64,000 nt of DNA from positions 34,162,001 through 34,226,000 of the forward strand of contig OZ024754.1 of the NCBI GenBank assembly GCA_964016885.1, in the 5' to 3' direction. Every line of letters begins with the position of its first letter. The stretch's first letter is position 1. Shown piece after piece: positions 53,426 through 64,000 of the stretch. Below the pieces are notes generated by a model. It made no database searches, was not told where the DNA came from, and saw nothing but the letters and a program-made list of their open reading frames with translations. The stretch is from Eledone cirrhosa (lineage: Eukaryota). The position numbers were made by a program, and so were the translations under genes.

Positions 53426-53542
53426 CTGCGGGACAATGTTTTTGTAGAGCAGCCCAGCTTCAGATTAGTCTACAAAGTCGACATGAAGCTGCCTCACATT
53501 ATGTTGATGGAGGAAATGCATACAAGAAAGCTGATCCCAATG
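53426..53542 (+). CDS. NAPA: alpha-SNAP exon 3 ([38 protein letters not shown])
   Basis: TTTTATAG acceptor, GTAAGC donor, 117 nt, frame consistent. Confidence 0.95.
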
Positions 53543-54828
53543 GTAAGCATGTCTTGGCTATGTTTATCTTCAGTTTAACATCTAACTTTTTTCTTATGCT
53601 AATCTGTTTTAATGACTAAAATGTGTATCCAGTTTAGAATAGATACACCTTATCGCTGTGTGTCACAAGAGGCAAACTAGATGGGGTGGTGCCAGGAAAG
53701 GCATCCAATCATAAAAGATTGCTTCAAAAAAGATCCCCACTTTAGTACTGACTTTGTCTATGTAGACTCGTCCAACCTTTGCTAGCAGGGAAAGTGGGCA
53801 TTAAATGATGATGATGGTAAATAGGAAGCTTTTCATGGAGCCCAAAAGACTTTAGCAGGAAAAATAATGGCTTTAAAAATTGCTTTGTTGTATTGTTGTA
53901 GTAGTCTGATTTTTATTGTTAGTCGATAGAGGCCTTTTTCAGTGATGTTTGCTGTTTTATATTTTTATATTTATATTTTTTCCATGCTTGAAGGATTGAG
54001 TATCTTTATGTTTCCATATTGAGTTCAGTGCTTGATAGTTGTGGATGTCAACCACTCCCAATTACAAACTATTTAGATGTGATGCATCACTGTAAGTCGA
54101 GTACATATTTTATAGTGATGTAGAGCCGAGCAAGTTAATGTGTGTTTGTCTAGAAATGCCATATAATGAAGATAACAGAAGTGCAAAGCTCATAGCATTA
54201 GCCCAGAGAGTCTGTTGTCCAGTGCGGCATCTATGTCAGGAATTACAAGGTAAATAGGATCACTGAACCCTTAACTTGTAATGTAGTCATGACAGCTGTA
54301 TAAAGACGTGCAGAGAAATATCAGTGGATGGAACTTGTGAAAGAGGTTGACATAGGAAGACATGTGATGAAGTAATAAAGATTGACCTTAGGAAGCTGAA
54401 CTTCGCAATGGAGATGACAAAGGACTGCCTGCTTTGCAGTGTAAGAGTTACAGCTCTTTACCTTCTGAGTTTAAATCCTGCCAAGGTTAGCATTGCCTTT
54501 CATCCTTACGGGGTCGATAATATAAAGTACCAGTAACACACTGGGGTCAATTCAATTGGCTTTTTTCTCCCCCCAAAATTGGTTGCCTTGTGCTTAAATC
54601 AGAAACCATTATTATTATCGGACGCCATGCACAGTTACGTCCCTTTACGAACTGAGTTCAAATCCCGCCGAGGTTAACTTTGCCTTTCATCCTTACGGGG
54701 TCGATAAAATAAAGTACCAGTAATACACTGGGATAATTGCTGGCCTTGTGCCAAAAAGTAGAAACAATTATTATTATTATGTCAAATGTCACTTTAAAAA
54801 CAATTATATATTTTATTTTGTCATGCAG

Positions 54829-54875
54829 AAGCTATCAACTGCCTCTTGAAAGCTGTTGAAATTTACACAGATATG
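54829..54875 (+). CDS. NAPA: alpha-SNAP exon 4 (EAINCLLKAVEIYTDM)
   Basis: TGCAG acceptor, GTGAGT donor, 47 nt. Confidence 0.95.
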
Positions 54876-55159
54876 GTGAGTATTACTTCAACACCATGCT
54901 TTGTAGCATAGAGTTATGGCCCTTTACGTTCTGAGTTCAAATCCCACCGAGGTTAACTTTGCCTTTCATCCTTACAGGGTCGATAAAATAAAGCACCAGT
55001 AATTCACTGGGGTAATTGCTGGCCTTGCGCCAAAAGTAGAAACAATTATTCTTTAAACTGGTGGTGGTAGTGGTGGTGACTGCGGCAATGGTGCTAGTGG
55101 TGGTGGTGGTGGTGGTGACAATGGTAGTAGCGTTGGTGGCAGCTATTTTCTATTAAGGA

Positions 55160-55515
55160 AGTCCTTGTTAAGCCTCCCTGGTAAAGTCTATGCTAAGTGT
55201 CTGGCAAAGAGATACAGGGAGATTCTCTAGTCCAAACTAGCTGACAAACAGTGTGGTTTTCACCCCGGACGCAGCGCAGCCAATCAAATATTCACACTGC
55301 GGCAGGTCTTCATGAAATTGTGGAAGTATTGCCAAGAGGTATATTCTTGTTTTGCCGACCTTGAAAAGACATATGGCCATGTTCCGCAGGACCTGCTGTG
55401 GAAGGTTTTGCAGGAGGATGGGATTGATGGTCAGCTTCTTGCTACTCTGATGTCTCTATACGAATGCCTCATGCCCCAACAACCCTGTCAGGAATAAGTA
55501 GGCAAAGAAGAAGAA
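55160..55515 (+). mobile_element. Internally deleted RTE LINE fragment
   Basis: SLLSLPGKVYAKCL...QCGFHPGRS..QIFTLRQV...CFADLEKTYGHVP, joined to the 3' end seen at 44270. A similar RT piece lies at 13415-13575. Confidence 0.75.
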
Positions 55516-55666
55516 ATAGCTGTGTTCTATTTCTGTTTCTCTTTCTAGTTTATATGTATCCTTGTGTCCTGTCTTTTATATTCAGTTTTCTGTTTGTTTG
55601 TTTTTTTGACAGTTGTTCTCTAGTAAATACCTAAATGTTTTTATCTTTCCTTTTTTTTTCTTACAG

Positions 55667-55744
55667 GGCAGATTCACCATAGCTGCCAAACACCATATTG
55701 TTGTAGCTGAAATATATGAGAATGAATTAGCTGACATTGAGCAG
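55667..55744 (+). CDS. NAPA: alpha-SNAP exon 5 ([26 protein letters not shown])
   Basis: Polypyrimidine tract plus TTACAG acceptor, GTTTGT donor, 78 nt. Confidence 0.95.
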
Positions 55745-56662
55745 GTTTGTTGTTTTTTGTTGTTTTTTGAGCTCTTCAGTCACATGATGGACACAACAAC
55801 CATTCTAGTGATGGCGCCACTAACAATGCACTCAGTATATTCTGATTCTGTAATGTAATTTGCATTAGGAATGCATCCGTCTGTTTTTTTCACTCTTCAT
55901 TCAATTGGCATCATCATTCAGGCATCAACTAGAACACTTGGTAGCATTTGTTCCAGTATTTTATGATCTGAGTTCAGATCCTGCCAGGATCAACATAACA
56001 TGCCAGTGAAAGGCAGTAGATAAACAGAATTGTTAATATCAGTGCTACTTGTTTTGGCTCTTTACATTCTGTGTTCAAATTCTGCCTTCTATCACCGGTC
56101 TACCCATAGCAGGAAACTTAGTGTTCAGTTCTGTCTCCTATCACCGGTCTACCCATAGCAAGAAACTTAGTGTTCAAGCGCTAGCTACCAGTGATAGGCC
56201 TTCAGTACCAGTTAGAGTGACACTTTGATTGGAGTGTTACTTTGTATTGAAGTAGGATTTACACAAGGACAGAAAATAAATGAAGTCTCAGAGAAAGTAC
56301 AATTGAGCAACAGATTTTATCATATTGCCATTATTTTTCTTTGAGAGCGATGAATTGGCAGTAGAATCAGTAAAGCGTCAGATAACATGCTTTGCAGCAT
56401 ATTGTTGCAGCCTTTTATGTTTTGAGTTCAAATCCCGCCGAGGTTAGCCTTGCCTTTCACCCTTATGGGATAAATGAAGCACCAGTAATGCACTGGGTTT
56501 TTTTTAATTGACTTTCCCCCTTTCCCCAAACTATTGGCCTTGTGCCTAAATCAGAAACCATTATGATTCAAGCCAGTTTCAGGTGGGTTGGTATTAAAAG
56601 AATTAAATATATTTTTATCATGTATAAGTTTATAAGTATTGTAACAATTTTCTTTTCCTCAG

Positions 56663-56718
56663 GCTATTTCTCACTATGAACAAGCTGCTGACTATTACAA
56701 GGGAGAAGAATCCAATAG
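56663..56718 (+). CDS. NAPA: alpha-SNAP exon 6 (AISHYEQAADYYKGEESN)
   Basis: CCTCAG acceptor, GTTTGT donor, 56 nt. Confidence 0.95.
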
Positions 56719-57465
56719 GTTTGTAAATCTTTCTTTTAATTCTGGAATTCTATTTTATATTCAAGAAAGCTTCATTTTGATTGGTTCGTTAGTTCACTCT
56801 GCTCTTGCTTGATGGGCCTGGGGTAATTCTGGTCATCAGTCCCAGTGGTGTCATTGTGCGTAGAGCCAACCATATCCACCAGTGCCCTCCATCGCTGGCA
56901 GTCTTATGCCAGCCCCTCTGCATTCTCCAAGGTGATGTCGAGCCTCTGGAGATCTTCCTTAATTATGCCCAGTTGTCTGGTGCAAGGCCACTTCCAGCCT
57001 GCTGCAGCTGTATTGAACAAAAGTAAGGCCCCGGTAAGATGATCAGACGGGAAGTGGAGGACATGTCCATACCAGAAGATGCTGTGGGCTGATGCATGCA
57101 CACACACACACACAGCTCTTCATTGGAGATGTGGTGGTACCATCTGATGTTCTTGATGGTCCTCAGTACACAAAGAGAGAGAGAGAGAGGTTTCCATTTG
57201 TTATATGTGAATTTTTCTAATGAGGTTATAAACAAGTTATGAAGATATTAAAAATCACGAGTGTTTTAATTACAGACTTGTTTCAAGTTTATTACTTATT
57301 TTCGATGGATTTTCTTTTTTTCTTTTTAATGGTTTGTAATTTAAAGAGAGAAGGAGAAAAATTAATCAGGTTAATTTATGAAGATAATCATTTTATATTT
57401 AATGTTATCAATAATACCTGTTAGGATACTTTAAGTGAAGATTTGTGTACACATTTTATTATATA

Positions 57466-58079
57466 CTAGCAGTGGTACCCGGCGTTGCACAGGATAAGGT
57501 ATTTTGGAACATGGGCCGCCAACAGACCTAATCGTGGAAAAACTGCATGCCTGGACAATATGTAAAGAAAATAAACCAAATACTCTGATGGCTGGATAAT
57601 CTTTAAAATTTTCCTCGATGAAGCAGGAAAAATGCAGGTTTTCACCTAATGCGGGCCCTAGGGATCAAGAAAATGAATTTTTTTTTACGTGCATAATATG
57701 CCTTGAAATTTCGGGAAAATCGGCTAGATGTAACGCCAACAAAAAGCCCTAAAAAGCTGAAAAAAGGAAGTTTTTCACCTAATGCGGGCCCTAGGCCATA
57801 AAAAAGTTGAATTTTCTTTACTCACGGTATGAAGAAGAGACTGACTAATACATAGTTACAATTTCAAGGAAATTGGTCTGAAAAAAACCCCCTAAAAAGC
57901 TGAAAAAACGCAGTTTTTCATCTAATGGGGGCCCTAGGGGATCAAAAAGTTGAATTTTTTTTATGTGCATAACACTCCCTGAAACATAAGTAATACACAT
58001 ATAAAAAATCGGTTGGGTACTTTTCGAGTTTTAGGGATTCGAACTCACAGACAGACATCCTCTGTTTTATATATATAGA
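57466..58079 (-). mobile_element. Non-autonomous Helitron (same family as 18177)
   Basis: Same termini and internal repeated blocks as 18177-18795. Confidence 0.88.
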
Positions 58080-58404
58080 TTAGAAAATCATTTGATAATT
58101 CCTTGTGCAAGGAAAATTATTAAGAAACCACCATCTATATTACTCATAAGTTGCACCTCCATTTTACATATATAAAATTTACAATGTGCCATATATTTAG
58201 AATAAATATTTTTTAGATTACATGCTTTTTTTTTTAATGTATTTTTGTAGAAAAAGGTGAGACTTACATAACATTTTTAGATAGAATTATAATGGAAGGA
58301 TTTTAGATAAATATAAACACTTTGAGGTAAACATAGAACGAAGGGCAACTTCAAGTGGTTTGGTATCTAAGTGTTAAAACCGGTTACTTTCTCTTATATT
58401 GTAG

Positions 58405-58489
58405 TGCAGCTAATAAATGCTACCTGAAGGTAGCTCAATACTCAGCACAACTAGAGCAGTACCAGAAAGCTATTGATATCTATGAACAG
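58405..58489 (+). CDS. NAPA: alpha-SNAP exon 7 ([29 protein letters not shown])
   Basis: TTGTAG acceptor, GTAGGA donor, 85 nt. Confidence 0.95.
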
Positions 58490-58996
58490 GTAGGAAACAT
58501 GCTTCTTTCTTTCTGGTGTGATCTTCTTTTGTTGGCAATATTCCCTCTCTAAATTTTGTTATCATCAACATCAGCATGATTACCATCATCATCATGATCC
58601 CTATTTTTAAGTCCCTTTTCTCATGTTTGCATGGGTTGGTTGAAATATTGTTTTTTGTCAGGTTTTCAACCTTATTCTATGTATGGTATATCTTACTGGT
58701 ATTATGGAAAACATAAACCAGTGTCATCACAGTGTCGATGTAATGTTTATGGTGACTGGTATTCGTACACACACACACATATATAGTACTGGTGCCATGT
58801 ACACCCTGTAAAGTGATAGTGCTGGTGTCATCATGAAATGCACCCAATCCACTCTGTGAAGTAGGGTATCCATGCGGTCATGGAAACCATGCTTAATCGA
58901 ATATAGGAAGTCATGGCCATCCGACATATCTAGTCGCTAAACATAACCAATCAAACCTATATCATCATGGAAAACAGATGTCAAACAATGATGGAG

Positions 58997-59044
<48 letters not shown>

Positions 59045-60283
59045 ATATATAAAGAATAATATTAATAAAGATGCTGATGTTACATAAATCGTTTATTCAT
59101 AATAATTGTTTCAACGGTTCTCCCATGCAATCCAAGATGTAATTCATGCATATGAATAAACGATTTATATAACATCAGCATCTTTCTTAATGTTATTCTT
59201 ATACTGAATCTCCATCGTAACTACAAAGTAGGAATGTAGAGAGCTTTCTCTGACTTGCTCCTGTTTTTACCAAAAAAATCTTTACTGAATATATATATAT
59301 ATATAGTTTTGCGAGGTTTTTTATATGAAATCGTGTGTCGAAACAGATATTGTTATATTTGGGGAGGGTCATATTTGCGTAATATTGCCAGAATTAATAA
59401 CAGAATAAATATATAGACAGACTGAACAAAAAAATGGCGTAGACATACAACACAACAGGAGGAACAATGAATATAACACCATTGACGATGTTGCAGATGT
59501 GCAACGAAAGATTTATGTAAATTATGTAAACTATATATATGTGTTTGTGTCTATATTGTATCTGTATTATTTTTGACCGCCGGTCAGTCAATGGCAACAT
59601 TGAGGACCGAGTAAGTTAGATCGCAGATATATATATATAAAAGACAGCGAGAAGCGAAGACCAACCAAACAGTGAGTGTGTTCTGTTATTAATTCTGGCA
59701 ATATTACGCAAATATGACCCTCCCCAAATATAACAATATATATATATACATGTATTCCTACTATATCAAGTATAAAACTAATATATTTCTTCATTGTACT
59801 TTATCATTTGCTTTGTTATTTCTGTTTGCCTCTTGCATGCATATATATGCACAGACACACAGCATTGTGTATCCAATTTAAAATAGGTATGCACCATATC
59901 ATTGCATGTTGTATGAAGCAACTAAAAGGTTTGGTGTCATGAAAGGCATCTAGCTGTAAAACATTACCTTAAAAAGTTTATTCCTATGCCAGTATGGAAA
60001 AGTCAATGTAAAAATGACGATAATGATTTGATACAGTTTCCGTCTACCAGATTCACTTAGCATAAGTGAGCTCGAGGTTATAGTTGAAGATACTTGGGAC
60101 TGAACCCCAAACCAACAGCCATGCCTGTGATTATAGTCAGTGTGTTGTACAAGTTTTCTTCCTCTGAAAAGAAGTATGTGTGCACTGAATGTATAATAAA
60201 TATAATTATTGATTATTATATAACTCCTGCTAGCAGGAAAAATGGATTTTTAAAATACTTTTTTTTTTTTCCTTCAATTTCAG

Positions 60284-60457
60284 GTTGCTTCTTCATCAAT
60301 GGAGAATGCTTTGCTAAAATACAGCGCTAAAGACCATTTCTTTCGAGCTGCTCTCTGTCATATGTGTAATGACATCGTCAATGCTAAACTGGTGATCACA
60401 AAATACGAGGATATGTTTCCTGCATTCTCTGACTCAAGAGAATGTAACTTATTAAAG
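60284..60457 (+). CDS. NAPA: alpha-SNAP exon 8 ([28 protein letters not shown]...[14 protein letters not shown])
   Basis: TTTCAG acceptor, GTGAGT donor, 174 nt; LLKYSAK and PAFSDSREC motifs. Confidence 0.95.
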
Positions 60458-61009
60458 GTGAGTTAAGGATTCTTTCTGCATTTACATATGATAGATCTCA
60501 TTTTTCTATTGCTTTGTTAATTGACCCTAATTTTTTTTACATTGATGTCTTTGCTTACAAAGTAATTTTCTAGTTTTTCAAAACCACATTCTCCTAAAAT
60601 TCTGTTCATGTACACTCACTCACACGTGCGAGCGAGCACACACACACATACATACATACACACAAACACACACACAGACTCGCACACACTTGCACACAAC
60701 TTTTCCCTCCCTAAAATTGCTAGCTGCATGCCTAAATTAGAAGCTATTCATAAAAAAGATTGGCAGTATTGGTTGAGCATCTGACAACGTTTTGTGGCAT
60801 ATTGTTACATCCCTTTATGACCTGAGTTCAAATCCTGCCATGGTTAGTTTTGTCTTTCATCCTTACAAGGGTTGAAAAAATAAAGTACCAGTAATGCACT
60901 GGGATCAATTTAATCGACTTTCCCTTCCCCCAAAAATTGTTGGCCTTGTACCTAAATCAGAAACCATTATTAAAAGTATTATTTCTATCTCTGACATATT
61001 TATTTGCAG

Positions 61010-61159
61010 ACTGTTTTGGATTCCATGGATAATATTGAGGCGTTCACTAAGGCTGTTAGTGATTATGATTCCATATCGCGACTAGACCAATGGCTGACGA
61101 TGATTTTCTTGAGAATCAAGAACAAAATCACAGAAGAGGATGAAATGAATATTTGTTAA
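61010..61159 (+). CDS. NAPA: alpha-SNAP terminal exon 9 ([49 protein letters not shown])
   Basis: TTGCAG acceptor, [12 protein letters not shown] motif, TAA at 61157-61159. The spliced CDS totals 885 nt (294 aa plus stop). Confidence 0.95.
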   Translation, partial: TVLDSMDNIEAFTKAVSDYDSISRLDQWLTMIFLRIKNKITEEDEMNIC

Positions 61160-61859
61160 AACGTCTAGGATTTTTTTTTTTTTTCTTTTTAACCATTAGT
61201 CTTTACCCCTGTCCTTCCTTATTTCCTCCCTTATCAACAATCACAATCTCTCTTCCCTAGCCACTATTTCTTTAACTTTAAGCTAGACGTTAGTTTTCAC
61301 TTTCCTCAACATCCCCCATCTTATGCAATTAAACATTTTTTTTAAGAATGTTATTACCAGTGTATCACTCTTACTGTACTCTGTAATAGGTTAATATTAA
61401 TCCCTTAAGTTTCAGATTCTACTTTCTAATCAATACCTCATTACTTTATATTTTTCTTAATATATCTTTCTCTTTTTCCTTATATAAATATGAATATAGT
61501 TGAATAAGAGAGAAGAGAGCCCAGAATTAATATATATCGAACATATTGTTGTATGATTCAACTTTTGGCTAGCTGACTTCACCAAACGAACTAAAAAAAA
61601 AATTTTAAAAAAATACTCTAAAAAGAATATCTGGTAAAGCCAGCAGAGGTTGTAAAAATGCTGAACTAATTGAATATTTGATTAAACAATTGGTTGTCTT
61701 GTGTTTGAATTTTCTAGCTTGATTCCTTTGAGAGGACTTCACGAAAATAACTGCAATTGATTAGCTGTTCATAAGATGTCTGGCATCTGTTCTGTCTCAC
61801 TGTAGAATTTAGGCTAATCTCAACAAGCCCTGTCTAGCTTAAAGTTATAAAAATAAAAT

Positions 61860-61980
61860 TATATATATATATGTGTATATGTACATATGTATATGTGTAT
61901 ATATATGTAATATATATATATGTATATGTATGAATATATATATGTATATATATGTAATATATATATATGTATATGTATGA

Positions 61981-62012
<32 letters not shown>

Positions 62013-62895
62013 GTATATGTATGAATATATATATATATGTATGTATATGTATGAATATATATATATATGTATGTATATGTATGAATATATATATATATGT
62101 ATGTATATGTATGAATATATATATATATGTATGTATATGTATGAATATATATATATATGTATGTATATGTATGTATATGTATGAATATATATATATGTAT
62201 GTATATGTATGTATGAATATATATATATGAATGTATGTATATGTATGAATATATATATGTATATGAATGTATGTATATGTATGAAAATATGTATGTATAT
62301 GTATGTATATATGTATGAATATATATATATGTATGTATATATGTATGAATATATATATATGTATGTATATATGTATGTATATGTATGAATATATATATAT
62401 GTATGTATATGTATGAATATATATATATGTATGAATATATATATATGTATGTATATGTATGAATATATATATATGTATGTATATGTATGAATGTATGTAT
62501 ATGTATGAATGTATGTATATGTATGAATATATATATATGTATATATATGTATGTATATGTGTATATATGTATGTATATGTGTATATATGTATGTATATGT
62601 GTATATATGTATGTATATGTGTATATGTGTATGTATATGTGTATATATGTATGTATATGTGTATATATATATGTATGTATGTATGTGTATGTATATATAT
62701 ATATGTATGTATATATGTGTGTGTGTATGTATATATGTGTGTATGTATGTATATATGTATGTATATATGTGTGTATGTATGTATATATGTGTGTATGTAT
62801 GTATATATATATGTGTGTATGTATGTATATATATATGTGTGTATGTATATATAAATGTATATATGTATGTATGTATATATATATGTATGTATGTA

Positions 62896-62928
<33 letters not shown>

Positions 62929-62952
62929 ATGTGTGTGTATATATATATATAT
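61860..62952. repeat. 1.1-kb (TA/TATG/TGAA) compound microsatellite
   Basis: Directly visible. Similar tracts occur at 9115-9380, 16190-16530, 32680-32950 and 33535-33930. Confidence 0.95.
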
Positions 62953-64000
62953 TGTTTTTTTTTTATTATTACAGAAGTAAGAGAAAATCATTTCAACTGA
63001 GTACAAAATAGTAGAGACTGTATATTGGTTTGACATTATTTATACTTAAAAAAATTATTATCATCTTTCATTTCCAGGAGCTGCTCGGACTGGATATTTT
63101 GTTAATTTACAAAGATAAGCCACTCCTCAGAATGAAAGATGATTATTTTGTAAGGATAACTTATGTCATATATACATATAAACATGAGAAAACTCATAGC
63201 TAGAACAGTCGTTAAAACAGCTAAATGCTGCCACACTGTCTTTGACAGCATTTAGCTGTTTTAATGGCTGTTCTAGCTCTGAGTTTTCTCAATTCTATGT
63301 GTATTCAAATACACTCTTGCTTCGTCTCGATCAGAGACACCATTGTATTTTTATGTCGTATATTCACATGAATTGGTCAAATAGTGATACTATTAGTTTC
63401 ACTTAGACTTCAGTGGGTGTATGGCAATGCATTATTACTGAAATACAATCAAACATTGCATTACAACCACTGAACCTAAAATTATTTGGTCAGCCCAAGA
63501 TTCATCATCAAACTACTGTAGAAATTCCATGCAAATATTAAATATTTGTTTCTATTTTCATAATATTGAGTGCTCTATCTTATGTCATAGACGACACTTT
63601 AACAAATAATTATATATATATAGATATAGATGGCGGTGCCCCAGCATGTCCTCAGCTTGTTGGCTACAACACATAATAGAATCATATATAGAGAGATTTT
63701 CTTACGCCCTTGAAAAGGCTAGCTAAACACAAGCCTAAACCGCTTGGCACCACAGTCGGGATTATGCCTATCTCTATATATATATATATATATAATATAT
63801 CCCTGGCCTTTTTCTTCAGAGGTTACTCGCTGCTTCAATTCCTTACTTAAATTATATTTACCCTCTGGATTAACATATTATTTAACTCTTCTCATCTCTT
63901 AATAATGTAGAGGGTGGTGGGGAGGTACTCACAATGACTTATCATTTGTCTCCCCTTTACTTCTGTATATCTCTCATACCTTTTTGAGGAGTGGGAGAAG

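Noticed and set aside
61834-63036. 400-aa YIH-rich ORF and similar ORFs at 8832, 14600, 31509, 32588-33960
   Set aside because: Microsatellite translation artefacts.

Overview
AT-rich, microsatellite- and transposon-dense animal genomic DNA. The repeat families and style suggest a coleoid cephalopod (Octopus-like); that assignment is an inference. Two host genes are arranged head-to-head. (1) On the minus strand is the giant first coding exon of a Flamingo/CELSR adhesion-GPCR cadherin (ATG 30739 to a GT donor at 27063); the rest of 1-27063 appears to be its first intron. (2) On the plus strand is a complete 9-exon alpha-SNAP (NAPA) gene (46271-61159, 294 aa). The rest is SINEs (two tRNA-derived families), RTE/CR1/CRE LINE fragments, Helitrons, piggyBac/mariner/pogo/hAT MITEs, a histone H2A pseudogene and several satellites. 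The main unexpected signal is a set of short elements embedded in (TA)n runs. They carry minimal type I hammerhead ribozymes with palindromic stem III: four with intact cores, plus several decayed or half copies. Many are associated with long fold-back inversions, as expected for Penelope-like terminal-repeat relics. One intact hammerhead lies on the sense strand 110 nt upstream of alpha-SNAP exon 2. Most ORFs in the supplied track are microsatellite artefacts.
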